Virus record (IMG/VR): IMGVR_UViG_3300027114_000002 | Coordinates: 1-36,863 of that record | Direction: 5' to 3' (one strand) | Length of the DNA stretch: 36,863 nt | Origin: a virus | Part shown: positions 7,508-17,345 of the stretch, piece after piece | How positions within the stretch are numbered: the stretch's first letter is position 1 | Layout of the letters: every line of letters begins with the position of its first letter | The notes under the pieces: generated by a model | The model's database searches: none | Told to the model about the DNA's origin: nothing | What the model saw: the letters and a program-made list of their open reading frames with translations, nothing else | Position numbers and translations under genes: made by a program

Positions 7508-8111
7508 ATGCCTTAGTTGTCGTGGGGTAAGCGAGAAAGGTGCTTGTCCACATTGCAGAAGAAGATTAAAAAAAATGCTTAATGAGTTAATTGCATTCAT
7601 TGATCTTCTCATTGCTAGTCCTTCCCTAAGACAACAGGTATCTTCCAAACAAGAAGGTAGAGGTTCATTATCTGATAGATCAGTAATCAATGTCCAAATT
7701 GTTGATCTTATTTCTAAAACAGGTGTTCAAAGTGTTCTACAATCATGGTGTGAGTATGTTGTAGAAACAAGAAGTCTTAACACTGATTGTCTTAAGTCTA
7801 CTAAACAAACAAACAAACTTCACATATTGCATAACGTATTGGACACTCACACCGATTGGTTAGCTGATGGTGAATTATGGACTGATTACTACAATGAGAT
7901 CAAAGAACCATGGACAACATTAAGACGCATTATCTATGGTGAGAGAAAACCACCTGAAGCAGTTAAATGTCCTGTACAAGATTGCATTGGTAGTTTAAGA
8001 TTAGAACCTAATGGTGATGTCCATTGTATACACGATAAGACACATCAATGGGCATATGAGCAATGGTCAAGATTAGCCAAACTTATGGTAGAAACCTCTG
8101 TACAAACATGA
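7500..8111 (+). CDS. Hypothetical protein with N-terminal and C-terminal zinc-finger-like Cys/His clusters
   Basis: The clusters are CLSCRG...CPHCRRRL and CPVQDC...HCIHDKTH. Confidence 0.5.
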   Translation: MDKCLSCRGVSEKGACPHCRRRLKKMLNELIAFIDLLIASPSLRQQVSSKQEGRGSLSDRSVINVQIVDLISKTGVQSVLQSWCEYVVETRSLNTDCLKSTKQTNKLHILHNVLDTHTDWLADGELWTDYYNEIKEPWTTLRRIIYGERKPPEAVKCPVQDCIGSLRLEPNGDVHCIHDKTHQWAYEQWSRLAKLMVETSVQT

Positions 8112-8162
8112 TGTTGTGTCATACAATAGGAACTACCGAGCTACAGCTATCTAACAAATCGG

Positions 8163-8477
8163 ATGCTAATGAATAAACCATGTTTAGATTGTGGTGTGTT
8201 AGCAAACAAACCTAGATGTCCTATGTGCAATAAGAAGTATCAGAAGTTTAAAGCAACCTCTCGTCCTTCACGTGCAGATAGGGGTTACGATGCAAATTGG
8301 AAAAGGTTATCAAAACAACTAAGACTATTGCAACCTTATTGTTCTATTTGTAAAGCAACCAACGATTTGACTGTGGATCACATAACACCGTTATCGAGTG
8401 GTGGTCTCACAGTTGAATCGAACTTGCAAGTTCTATGTAGACGATGCAACAGCAGCAAAGGTACTTCCTCTTCCTGA
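8163..8477 (+). CDS. HNH endonuclease (packaging-associated type, adjacent to terminase)
   Basis: Motifs are CLDCG...CPMC, then YCSICKATNDLTVDHITPLSSGG...NLQVLCRRCNSSKG. Confidence 0.85.
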   Translation: MLMNKPCLDCGVLANKPRCPMCNKKYQKFKATSRPSRADRGYDANWKRLSKQLRLLQPYCSICKATNDLTVDHITPLSSGGLTVESNLQVLCRRCNSSKGTSSS

Positions 8478-8627
8478 ATAACATAATGTTATATTAAATC
8501 CCATAGAGGGCCAACGGGTGGTATGGTATGGCCTAAAAGTACATGCATAAACCGCGCTGGATACCCCGCATCCATGGGAGCGTGCAAAGTATCAAAATTA
8601 TTGATTTGACCAAACTGGAGGAATTTG

Positions 8628-9089
8628 ATGACCGCGGGTCGTCCACGCAAACCTATCGAACAGAAGCGCAAAACAGGCCGAACTCCTACAACGGATTCAG
8701 GCGGTCGCAAACTTCCTGATGTTCAGAAGGTCACTGTCTTGCCGATGGCCGATGGTATTCCGACTCCTCCTATGGATCTAGGTCTAGAAGGCCGAGAGCT
8801 TTGGGGAAAAGCTTGGGATCGTGCAATCACTTGGCTTTCTCCTGTAAGTGATTTGACACAAGTTCATCATGCTTGTCGAGTGGCAGATGATCTTAATTTG
8901 GCAAGAACAGTTTACAATACGACACGTGACTCACAAGACGGGCGGCTTGTGGTTGCACTAAGTAAATCTTTCCATGAGGCTTTGGCCTCGTTAGGATTTA
9001 CACCAACATCTCGCTCGCAATTAGGCGTAGCGGAGGTTAAGCGTGTCACAGCTCTCGAACAACTTATTGCTACCAAACGAGCCAAGTAA
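8628..9089 (+). CDS. terS: Terminase small subunit (P27-like)
   Basis: The N-terminus TAGRPRKPIEQKRKTGRTP is typical of the P27 family. A GGAGGA RBS lies upstream, and the gene sits directly before terL. Confidence 0.75.
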   Translation: MTAGRPRKPIEQKRKTGRTPTTDSGGRKLPDVQKVTVLPMADGIPTPPMDLGLEGRELWGKAWDRAITWLSPVSDLTQVHHACRVADDLNLARTVYNTTRDSQDGRLVVALSKSFHEALASLGFTPTSRSQLGVAEVKRVTALEQLIATKRAK

Positions 9090-10605
9090 TTCTTGGCCTC
9101 CTAAGTGGCTTACGCCTGTATCTGAAGAAGATCAATTAAGAGGCGATGGACCTGTCTTCAAACAGTTTGCTGAAACAGTTTGTCGTGTTACAAAAGATTC
9201 ATTAGGCGGTCAAGCAGGCGAGTTAATTCGTTTTCGCAGTTGGCAAGAGAAGCTTCTTAACCATGCTTTGGCTAGAAAAGAAAACGGTAGATTTAAGCAC
9301 CGCATTGCCTTGATCGGAATGGCACGCAAGAATGGCAAGTCTGCTCTTGGTGCTTCTGTTGGTCTAGCAGGTTTAACACTAGGCGGACAAGGTTCTGAGA
9401 TCTATTCATGCGCAGCAGATAGAGAGCAAGCAAGAATTGTGTTCGGTACTGCTAAACGAATGGTTGAACTAGACGAAGAACTGTCTAAAATGTTTACGCT
9501 TTACCGCGATGCAATCGAATATAAGGATACAGGTTCTGTCTATAAAGTCCTCTCGGCAGAGGCTTACACAAAAGAAGGTCTCAATCCGTCACCTCTTGTG
9601 ATCTTCGATGAAGTTCATGCGCAGCCAAATCGCGAACTTTGGGATGTAATGTCTCTTGCCGGAGGCGCTAGAGCAGACTCTTTGTTGTTTGGTATTACTA
9701 CGGCAGGTGTAAAAACACAGACCGATGGTCAAGATTCTTTGTGTTATTCACTTTACCAATATGGTCAGCAGTTAGTTAAAAAAGAATTAGAAGATCCGTC
9801 ATTCTTCTTTGCTTGGTGGGAACCAAAGAATGTAGAGGCAGACCATCGAGAACGATTCATGTGGGAAGAATCAAACCCAGGTTTCAACGACATTGTCGAC
9901 TCTGAAGATTTTGAGTCTTCAGTGCTCAGAACACCAGAAGCAGAATTTCGAACTAAAAGAACTAACTGCTTTGTTTCAACAGCTACTGCATGGCTTCCTG
10001 CCGGAAGCTGGGATGCATTGGTTGACAAAGACAGAATGCCAATGCAAGGTGAAGATGTCATTCTCGCATTCGATGGAGCCTTTTCTAATGACTCAACAGC
10101 TCTAATTGCGTGGCTTATAGGTTCTGAAAAGCCACATTTAATGGTCGTAGGACTATGGGAAAGACCACTTGATGCTGATCAAGCATGGCACGTGCCTGTT
10201 GCAGAGGTTGAAAAGACGATTGTTGATGCTTGTAGAGATGGCAGATTTAACGTAAAAGAGATTGTTTTTGATCCTGCACGATGGAACAGAACTTTCATGG
10301 TGCTAGATGAAGATGGTTTACCTTGCGTTTCATATCCTAACTCTGCAGAACGTATGGTTCCTGCCACACAAAAGTTTTATGAAGCAGTAGTTAACCAGTC
10401 ATTTACACACGATGGAGATGAACGTCTTGCACGACATGTGGCAAACTGTGTAACAAAACAATCATCACGAGGTGTCATGGTTGCTAAGGCATCATCTAGA
10501 AGAAAAGTAGATGCTGCGGTTGCTTCTATTTTTGGTTATGACCGAGCAACTCAACCTCCTGCACCTAAAGAACCAGTTGCAAAATATTTCTCAATACAAG
10601 TATGA
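9043..10605 (+). CDS. terL: Terminase large subunit
   Basis: The Walker A-like segment is GMARKNGKSAL and the Walker B-like segment is LVIFDEVH. The size (520 aa) and position fit terL. The start is uncertain because it overlaps terS by 47 nt. Confidence 0.85.
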   Translation: MSQLSNNLLLPNEPSNSWPPKWLTPVSEEDQLRGDGPVFKQFAETVCRVTKDSLGGQAGELIRFRSWQEKLLNHALARKENGRFKHRIALIGMARKNGKSALGASVGLAGLTLGGQGSEIYSCAADREQARIVFGTAKRMVELDEELSKMFTLYRDAIEYKDTGSVYKVLSAEAYTKEGLNPSPLVIFDEVHAQPNRELWDVMSLAGGARADSLLFGITTAGVKTQTDGQDSLCYSLYQYGQQLVKKELEDPSFFFAWWEPKNVEADHRERFMWEESNPGFNDIVDSEDFESSVLRTPEAEFRTKRTNCFVSTATAWLPAGSWDALVDKDRMPMQGEDVILAFDGAFSNDSTALIAWLIGSEKPHLMVVGLWERPLDADQAWHVPVAEVEKTIVDACRDGRFNVKEIVFDPARWNRTFMVLDEDGLPCVSYPNSAERMVPATQKFYEAVVNQSFTHDGDERLARHVANCVTKQSSRGVMVAKASSRRKVDAAVASIFGYDRATQPPAPKEPVAKYFSIQV

Positions 10606-10613
10606 GGAGCATC

Positions 10614-10754
10614 ATGAAAAAAATTGACTTTTCCTTATTTGTAGAATTGGCAGGAGTAATTCTTGTTGCAGTCGGGGTCGCTATGTTCTCTGTTCCACTT
10701 GCCTTTATTACGGTAGGCGGATTTCTTATTTGGGCTACAGAAAAGGCTAACTGA
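10614..10754 (+). CDS. Small membrane protein (46 aa)
   Basis: A GAGGAG RBS precedes the ATG. The sequence has two hydrophobic segments (LAGVILVAVGVAMF and LAFITVGGFLIW). It falls below the ORF-track cut-off. Confidence 0.5.
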   Translation: MKKIDFSLFVELAGVILVAVGVAMFSVPLAFITVGGFLIWATEKAN

Positions 10755-11104
10755 TGACAGCTGGAATTTATAACGCAACCATAGATCAAGGCGCAACATG
10801 GAGCGTTACAGTCACATATACAGATTCAACTGGCGCACCAATCAACTTGACTGGTTATACAGCAGCAATGCAGGTTCGCCAACAGTATAATTCTACAGAT
10901 GCAGATCTAACATTAACCAGTCCTAATGGTGGAATTGTTATCACACCTTTGACTGGAGTTATTGTTATTACAATGACAGCTACACAAACAGCTTCTCTTG
11001 AAGAAGGTTTCTATGTGTATGATGTCGAACTTACATCAGGAACTTTTAAAGATCGTATGATGCAAGGGCAATTGACTGTTGCTCCAGAGGTGACGCGTGT
11101 CTGA
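10754..11104 (+). CDS. Small beta-rich (Ig-like) structural protein
   Basis: The composition is Thr/Val-rich with alternating beta-strand patterns. The gene is translationally coupled to its neighbours. Confidence 0.4.
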   Translation: MTAGIYNATIDQGATWSVTVTYTDSTGAPINLTGYTAAMQVRQQYNSTDADLTLTSPNGGIVITPLTGVIVITMTATQTASLEEGFYVYDVELTSGTFKDRMMQGQLTVAPEVTRV

Positions 11105-13112
11105 TAATCAAATCACCGTTGTCAAAGATGTCAATACAGTAACTATTGCTGATGCTGGTACTCAAGGTCCTATCGGTCCTACCGGTCCTACCGGTGCAAC
11201 CGGTATTCAAGGACCAACTGGCGCAACAGGTCCTACAGGTTCTCAAGGAATTCAAGGCGTAACAGGTCCTACTGGAGCACAAGGAATCCAAGGACCTACT
11301 GGTCCTACCGGTTCTCAAGGAGTTACAGGTCCAACAGGAGCGCAAGGACCAACCGGTCCTACTGGTCCTCAAGGAATTCAAGGCGTTACCGGACCGACAG
11401 GTCCGCAAGGCATTCAAGGAATTCAAGGACCAACCGGACCAACCGGCGCACAGGGAATTCAGGGTCAAACAGGACCGACCGGACCACAAGGAATTCAGGG
11501 TCCGACAGGACCGACTGGAGCACAAGGAATCCAAGGAGAAACCGGACCTACAGGACCAACAGGTTCTCAGGGAATCCAGGGACCGACTGGTCCAACTGGA
11601 CCGCAGGGAATTCAAGGACCGACTGGACCGACTGGACCGACTGGAGCAGATTCATTTGTAACAGGACCAACGGGATCAACAGGTCCACAAGGAATCCAAG
11701 GTGTTCAAGGTATACAAGGAATTGAAGGACCAACTGGTCCAATAGGACCAACAGGATCTACTGGACCAACAGGAGCAGCTTCAACTGTTACTGGTCCGAC
11801 TGGCGCGACAGGACCAACCGGTCCGCAAGGTGTTTCAGGACCTACAGGACCTACAGGATCTGCTGGCGCAGATGGAGATAGATACAAAACTACATCCACT
11901 ACGTCACTATTAGTTGGCAATGGCACAAAAACTTTAACTACTGTTGATCTTAATTTAGATTATTCAACAGCTCAGAACGTTGTAATTTCATACGACATAA
12001 ATAATGTTATGCGCGGTGGAGTTGTAAGTTATAACGGAACAACTGGAGTTTTAGTTGTAGATGTAATTAAACATGATGGTGCCGGAACATATACATCTTG
12101 GGAAATTAACTTAGATGGATCAGTTGGAATCCAAGGTGCAACAGGTCCGACAGGACCGACAGGTGCAACTGGAACTATTGGTGCAACTGGAGCAACTGGA
12201 GCAACTGGAGCCACAGGTCCTACCGGTTCAACAGGTTTAACAGGTGATACCGGACCTACTGGTCCGACCGGTGCGCAAGGAATTCAAGGTGTCCAAGGAA
12301 TCCAGGGAGTTACAGGACCGACCGGTCCGCAAGGACCAACCGGTCCGACCGGAGCGCAAGGTATTCAAGGAGAAATTGGCGCGACAGGACCGACCGGTCC
12401 GCAAGGAATTGAAGGACCAACTGGTCCAACAGGTCCTCAAGGAGATCAGGGAATTCAAGGTGTTACCGGTCCGACTGGTCCTCAGGGAATTCAGGGTCAA
12501 ACCGGACCTACAGGTCCTCAGGGAGATCAGGGAATCCAGGGACCGACAGGTCCGACAGGTCCGCAAGGCATTCAAGGAGTTACAGGTCCAACAGGTGCCC
12601 AGGGCATTCAAGGCGATATCGGCCCAACAGGTCCAACAGGTGCCCAGGGAATTCAAGGTGTAACTGGTCCAACTGGCCCAACAGGCGCAGTCGGTGCGAC
12701 AGGCCCCGCTGGAACCAACGGCGCCACAGGTCCAACAGGTCCTGCGGGTACAAACGGCGCGACAGGTCCTACAGGTGCGACAGGTGCGGCAGGTGCCGCG
12801 GCTGCTACCACATACTCTTACACAGCCACAGCTGGACAAACGACATTCAGTGGCGCAGATTTGAACACACTCACTCTTGCCTACACTGTTGGTGCTGAGC
12901 AAGTCTACCTCAATGGCGTGCTCCTTGTACGAGGCAGCGATTATACAGCAAGCAACGGCACCAGCGTTGTGCTTGCAAGTGGCGCCGTTGTTAGCGATTC
13001 GCTTTTGGTTGTAGCGTACGGCGCATTTAACGTCGCCAACACCTACACACAAGTACAAGTTGACGCATTACTTCAAAGTTCAGTCGCAGCTGACGTTATG
13101 GACATCTACTAG
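11097..13112 (+). CDS. Collagen-like (Gly-X-Y) repeat fibre protein
   Basis: There are two long uninterrupted G-X-Y tracts (GPTGPQGIQ-type, about aa 22-260 and 345-560). They are separated by a globular insert and followed by a ~110 aa globular C-terminal domain. Confidence 0.85.
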   Translation: MSDNQITVVKDVNTVTIADAGTQGPIGPTGPTGATGIQGPTGATGPTGSQGIQGVTGPTGAQGIQGPTGPTGSQGVTGPTGAQGPTGPTGPQGIQGVTGPTGPQGIQGIQGPTGPTGAQGIQGQTGPTGPQGIQGPTGPTGAQGIQGETGPTGPTGSQGIQGPTGPTGPQGIQGPTGPTGPTGADSFVTGPTGSTGPQGIQGVQGIQGIEGPTGPIGPTGSTGPTGAASTVTGPTGATGPTGPQGVSGPTGPTGSAGADGDRYKTTSTTSLLVGNGTKTLTTVDLNLDYSTAQNVVISYDINNVMRGGVVSYNGTTGVLVVDVIKHDGAGTYTSWEINLDGSVGIQGATGPTGPTGATGTIGATGATGATGATGPTGSTGLTGDTGPTGPTGAQGIQGVQGIQGVTGPTGPQGPTGPTGAQGIQGEIGATGPTGPQGIEGPTGPTGPQGDQGIQGVTGPTGPQGIQGQTGPTGPQGDQGIQGPTGPTGPQGIQGVTGPTGAQGIQGDIGPTGPTGAQGIQGVTGPTGPTGAVGATGPAGTNGATGPTGPAGTNGATGPTGATGAAGAAAATTYSYTATAGQTTFSGADLNTLTLAYTVGAEQVYLNGVLLVRGSDYTASNGTSVVLASGAVVSDSLLVVAYGAFNVANTYTQVQVDALLQSSVAADVMDIY

Positions 13113-13127
13113 AGAAAGTTGTAACTA

Positions 13128-13433
13128 ATGGCAACCGTATCAAAAGCGCTTTTTCGAGGCGCTGCAACAACAACAACCAGCACACTGCTTTACACAGTGC
13201 CAGCATCAACAACAACCGTCGTAACTGATATAGTAGTTGCAAATACCGCAGGCTCGTCTGGAACGTTTACCATCTCACTTGATGATGTCGTGCTTGCGAA
13301 CACTATCACAATCGGTTCAAACGATACGACTGTCATATCGCTAAAGCAGGTGCTTGCCACAGCGAAAACGATTAAGGGCGGCGCGTCTGCAACCTCAATC
13401 AACTTTCACATATCAGGCGTAGAGATTTCGTAA
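13128..13433 (+). CDS. Hypothetical beta-rich structural protein
   Basis: The ORF is Thr/Val/Ala-rich and syntenic with the fibre genes. Confidence 0.45.
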   Translation: MATVSKALFRGAATTTTSTLLYTVPASTTTVVTDIVVANTAGSSGTFTISLDDVVLANTITIGSNDTTVISLKQVLATAKTIKGGASATSINFHISGVEIS

Positions 13434-14389
13434 TGCCATACGTAGCGAAAATGTCAAACGCGGGTGGCACAAAATCGCTAACTCGGTATATTGATTTCCT
13501 TGCGGGCAACACAGCGGCGTTGGTTTATTCGGCCTATGTGCTTGGCGGTAGTTCTTCAACGCAGGGGTCTCGCATTCCGTGGGACACTGGTACTCGCACA
13601 ACTTTGTCAATTGGTGTTGCTTTTGGTGGTTCAACATCATCTGGCACTTATGTCGGAGTGCGCGGCCAAACAATCGCTGGAGTTGCATCTGGACTGAAGT
13701 GGGCGTTTGCGACAGAAACGCAGTCGTCTTATGCAACCACTAATTCGTTCACGTATGTTGGCGGCACTTACTATGACTCAACCAATTATATGTGGTCAAA
13801 TGGTGGCGGTGGGTACCCAGGCTTTACAAACCGCTCCAAGTTGTCTTTTGCAAATGATACTGTGACGAATGGGTTAGCCACACTTGCAGTTCAAAGGTAC
13901 GGTGGGGCGGGTTACGCAAACTCTGGCGGGTCTGGATATGCAGTCGGTGGGTACAACAGCCTTACGTCTCTTGTCTCAGCTTGGCAAAAGTTTTCACTTT
14001 CTACAGACACAAGCCAAAACACTGGCAACAACGCCGAAGGCCGTTATGACCCAATGGGCACTTTTAATACTGGTGTTCGTGGTTATTTAGTCGGCGGCCA
14101 AAACGGTGGTTCCGTAAGCATTCAGAGTGTTGAGTATCAGTCTTTTGCGACCGATTCAACAACGCTACAAAGCAATATTCTAAGCAATGGCGCTGCTGGT
14201 TGTGGTGTTCCACAACAAAATGGCAACGGTTTTTATATCTGCGGCGGCTACTGGTACGACGGCACAACACGGTACGAAAGCAGATGCGACTTTTACACAT
14301 TCGCAACAAGCACAAACTCATCAACCTCAACTACGCTTCCAAGCGCTGTGAGTTCACCCGCGTACTTCTCCAGTCAGGCAGCATACTAA
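13433..14389 (+). CDS. Kelch-like beta-propeller repeat protein (putative receptor or carbohydrate binding)
   Basis: A blade signature recurs about every 50 aa, including YVLGGSS, GYAVGGYNS...W, GYLVGGQNGG and FYICGGYWYDG. Confidence 0.5.
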   Translation: MPYVAKMSNAGGTKSLTRYIDFLAGNTAALVYSAYVLGGSSSTQGSRIPWDTGTRTTLSIGVAFGGSTSSGTYVGVRGQTIAGVASGLKWAFATETQSSYATTNSFTYVGGTYYDSTNYMWSNGGGGYPGFTNRSKLSFANDTVTNGLATLAVQRYGGAGYANSGGSGYAVGGYNSLTSLVSAWQKFSLSTDTSQNTGNNAEGRYDPMGTFNTGVRGYLVGGQNGGSVSIQSVEYQSFATDSTTLQSNILSNGAAGCGVPQQNGNGFYICGGYWYDGTTRYESRCDFYTFATSTNSSTSTTLPSAVSSPAYFSSQAAY

Positions 14390-14943
14390 TGGACCAAATC
14401 TACATTGAGCCCGAAGTTTTGCGGGCCATTCAAGAGATTCAACAGCCACGCTCCCGTTATCAGCTAGATAAGTTTGTGGTAAGTCAACACGACACTGAAG
14501 AGATGCGCTACTTTCAAGTTTTAATTGAATTGCAGTCGCTGTTTTTTGGCATTCGCAGACTCACACTTGCTGTTCAGAAAGCTGACATCGAAATCGCTCG
14601 CTTGCGTGCAACAGGTGACGAGATTGACGAGATTATAGCGCAAGAAAAAGAGCTTTACTCTGAAGAAACGCGCTTGGCTTTAATAGGCTCAAAACGTGAA
14701 TGGGACATCTTGCTTGAAATCTGGGAAGCATTTCCGATTAAATACACAAGAGAACAAATCGAAATCGCGCAACCTGATTATTGGGCACTTAGATTGCGTC
14801 GTCAAGCAGAACTCGAGCTCATCGGCAGTGGTCGCATGACATACAGCCAACTTGAAGCAATGCGACAAGCCAGTTCTCTTGAGTCTTTTGTAACTGAACT
14901 GGAACAAGCACGTGATGTGTTAGAGATGATTAACAGACAATGA
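14389..14943 (+). CDS. Hypothetical helical protein
   Basis: ATG 14389 overlaps the upstream TAA. The part of the track ORF upstream of this ATG overlaps the preceding gene and is rejected. Confidence 0.5.
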   Translation: MDQIYIEPEVLRAIQEIQQPRSRYQLDKFVVSQHDTEEMRYFQVLIELQSLFFGIRRLTLAVQKADIEIARLRATGDEIDEIIAQEKELYSEETRLALIGSKREWDILLEIWEAFPIKYTREQIEIAQPDYWALRLRRQAELELIGSGRMTYSQLEAMRQASSLESFVTELEQARDVLEMINRQ

Positions 14944-15086
14944 CATTTCCGAATCCGATGCCAAACAAAGAAGTAATTGACCCTGAAACTGGTATTGTTA
15001 CTCTTGTGCCGATGACAGAAGAAGAATACACCGCTGCCATGCCAGCGCTTGTTTATCCAGTTGCAACCGAAGGAGCTGCAGAGTGA
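14940..15086 (+). CDS. Small hypothetical protein (48 aa)
   Basis: It has ATGA overlap with the upstream gene and GTGA overlap with the downstream gene. Confidence 0.35.
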   Translation: MTFPNPMPNKEVIDPETGIVTLVPMTEEEYTAAMPALVYPVATEGAAE

Positions 15087-16114
15087 CTAGAGCACGCGAC
15101 ACCGCCAACACACAGGAAAACATCGGTGGTCCAGTTGCGCCCGTGGTCGCTGGCAAGAATAAAATCATCAATGGCGATTTTTCTGTGTGGCAGCGCGGCA
15201 CGAGTTTCGTTACGAATAGTGCGTACACAGCAGACCGTTGGTTTATTTCCGCAGACGATGTCACTGGAATCGCTTTAAGTCAGCAGATTTTTACGCCAGG
15301 AACTGCGCCTGTCGCTGGATGTGAGGGTGTGTACTTTTACCGATACGCTAGAACCTCAGGCACAACTACGTACAACCAACTTTATCAGCCTATTGAGAAT
15401 GTACAAACGTTTGCGGGTCAAACGGCGACGTTTTCTTTTTGGGCCAAGGCAAACGCTTCAACGACTATTAGCGTTGTTGGATACCAGCTGTTTGGCACTG
15501 GCGGAAGCAGCCCAGTTGACATAGGTTTAACTGGCACTGCTTCACTAACCACTTCTTGGCAGCGTTTCTCATTTACGACGAACGTTCCATCTATTGCTGG
15601 CAAAACCGTTGGTGCAGGAAGCGCGATTCGCCCGATGCTCAACTTTGGCACTGGCAATAAAACAATTGACATTTGGGGTGTTCAGTTTGAAGCGGGAAGC
15701 GTAGCAACACCATTCACCCCAGCTGGTGGCGGGTTCCCTGGCGCGGAGTTGGCATTGTGTCAGCGGTATTATTTCAGAGTCAATGCTTTTGCGACATCTC
15801 AGTATGCCATATTTGGTGCTGGCGGTGGCAATAGCGCGACACAAGCTAGAACGATTGTGCCTTTCCCAGCAACCATGAGAACAAAACCAAGTGCGATAGA
15901 CTACCCCACCCTTGGTTCTAATTTTTCCATTATCGCCTACGATGACAGCATGAACGTCGCGCCGACTGGTTTAATACTTGATGGAAATCAAACAGACACA
16001 CAATCTGGCTACTTGTTGTGGAATACATCAAGTGGAGTCGTTGCAAACAGGCCATGCGTTGTTAGAGGACTTGCAACGACTGGCGCCTACGTCGGTTTTA
16101 CAGCGGAGCTATAA
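15083..16114 (+). CDS. Tail-fibre/receptor-binding-like protein
   Basis: The N-terminus TRARDTANT plus INGDFSVWQRG is a pattern seen in phage fibre proteins. The rest is beta-rich. Confidence 0.45.
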   Translation: MTRARDTANTQENIGGPVAPVVAGKNKIINGDFSVWQRGTSFVTNSAYTADRWFISADDVTGIALSQQIFTPGTAPVAGCEGVYFYRYARTSGTTTYNQLYQPIENVQTFAGQTATFSFWAKANASTTISVVGYQLFGTGGSSPVDIGLTGTASLTTSWQRFSFTTNVPSIAGKTVGAGSAIRPMLNFGTGNKTIDIWGVQFEAGSVATPFTPAGGGFPGAELALCQRYYFRVNAFATSQYAIFGAGGGNSATQARTIVPFPATMRTKPSAIDYPTLGSNFSIIAYDDSMNVAPTGLILDGNQTDTQSGYLLWNTSSGVVANRPCVVRGLATTGAYVGFTAEL

Positions 16115-16266
16115 TGGACAATGTGACTTTGGTTGAGATTGAATCTGTCGGAATCGTTGAGACTCATGTGGTTATCGACCACGGCGATGGTTCCTTCACT
16201 TCAATGCTCAAAACAACTTACGACGAAATGATTGCGCAACAAGAAGTTACAAAACCACTTCTATGA
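16114..16266 (+). CDS. Small hypothetical protein (50 aa)
   Basis: It has TAATG overlap upstream and ATGA overlap downstream. Confidence 0.35.
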   Translation: MDNVTLVEIESVGIVETHVVIDHGDGSFTSMLKTTYDEMIAQQEVTKPLL

Positions 16267-16283
16267 ACAAGGTCGGGGGACCA

Positions 16284-17345
16284 ATGAAAATTGCTGTTTA
16301 TACTATTGCTCTTAACGAACAAGATTTTGTAGAACGTTGGTATAAAAGTGCAAAACAAGCCGACTATCTTTTAATTGCTGATACAGGATCAAAAGATCTT
16401 ACAGTTAAATATGCTCAAAACTTAGGGATAAATGTAATACAAATTGCAGTTAAACCTTGGCGGTTTGATGATGCTAGAAATGCTGCCTTAGCCGCGCTTC
16501 CTATTGACATAGATTACTGCATAGCTTTAGATATGGATGAAGAACTACAAACTGGTTGGCGCCACGAACTTGAATTAGTAAAACCTGAAGTTACAAGACC
16601 AAGATATAAATACACTTGGTCATGGAATCCTGACGGATCTGCTGGTTTAACTTATGGTGGAGACAAGATCCATTCTAGGAAAAATTATAGGTGGAAACAT
16701 CCTGTACATGAAGTTTTAACTTGCACAACTAATGAAGTACAAGCATGGACAAAGTTAGAAATACATCATCATCCAGATGAGGCTAAATCTAGAGGTCAAT
16801 ACTTTAATTTGCTTGCTCAATCTGTTATAGAAGATCCAACAGACGATCGAAACTGTTTCTATAATGCTAGAGAATTGTTTTTTCATAATAAGTGGACAGA
16901 AGCAATTAAAGAGTTCAAACGTCACCTAAGTCTTCCAAAAGCTCAGTGGAAACCAGAACGAGCAGCATCAATGAGATACCTTGCTAAAATGGAAGAATCA
17001 GAAAGAGAATCTTGGTTGTTAAAAGCAATTGCAGAATCTCCTAATAGCCGAGAACCTAGAGTTGATCTTGCTCAGTATTACTATTCAAAAAATCTTTGGT
17101 TAGACTGTTACGCACATGCTCATGCTGCTCTACGAATCACAGAACAACCACTTGAATATCTAGTAGAATCAGATGCTTGGGGATACTTGCCTCATGATCT
17201 TATTGCAATCTCATGCTACAATATGGACAAACTAGAAGAAGCAAAAGAACACGGTGAGAAAGCTGTAGAACTAGCACCATGGATCGACAGACTTAAGCAA
17301 AATGTTATTTACTATAAAAAAGCACTCGTCATGAAAGGCAACTAA
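16284..17345 (+). CDS. Family 2 (GT-A) glycosyltransferase with a C-terminal TPR-like helical domain
   Basis: IAVYTIALNEQDFVERW...LLIADTGSKDLT...FDDARNAAL...ALDMDEEL contains the DxD motif. The C-terminal half is helical-repeat-like. A GGGGGA RBS precedes ATG 16284. Confidence 0.7.
   Translation: MKIAVYTIALNEQDFVERWYKSAKQADYLLIADTGSKDLTVKYAQNLGINVIQIAVKPWRFDDARNAALAALPIDIDYCIALDMDEELQTGWRHELELVKPEVTRPRYKYTWSWNPDGSAGLTYGGDKIHSRKNYRWKHPVHEVLTCTTNEVQAWTKLEIHHHPDEAKSRGQYFNLLAQSVIEDPTDDRNCFYNARELFFHNKWTEAIKEFKRHLSLPKAQWKPERAASMRYLAKMEESERESWLLKAIAESPNSREPRVDLAQYYYSKNLWLDCYAHAHAALRITEQPLEYLVESDAWGYLPHDLIAISCYNMDKLEEAKEHGEKAVELAPWIDRLKQNVIYYKKALVMKGN

Noticed and set aside
8489-8710. 73-aa minus-strand ORF between the HNH and terS genes
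   Set aside because: It is antisense to the terS start, has no RBS, and is the only such gene in an otherwise unidirectional block. The region is more likely a packaging site.
10751-10757. Additional CTGATGA hammerhead-core matches (also near 82, 33556, and on the minus strand near 6137 and 27204)
   Set aside because: None has the required flanking stems I/II/III, GAAA and NUH elements in register. All lie inside coding sequence or at a stop/start overlap.
11046-13058. Long ORFs on the minus strand (11046..11615, 11705..11926, 12237..13058) and in another + frame (12244..12663) that overlap the collagen-like gene
   Set aside because: They are by-products of the GGN-CCN-ACN periodic repeat, which removes stop codons in several frames. 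Their translations are low-complexity Ser/Arg/Cys/Leu strings with no RBS. The G-X-Y frame is the only biologically coherent one.
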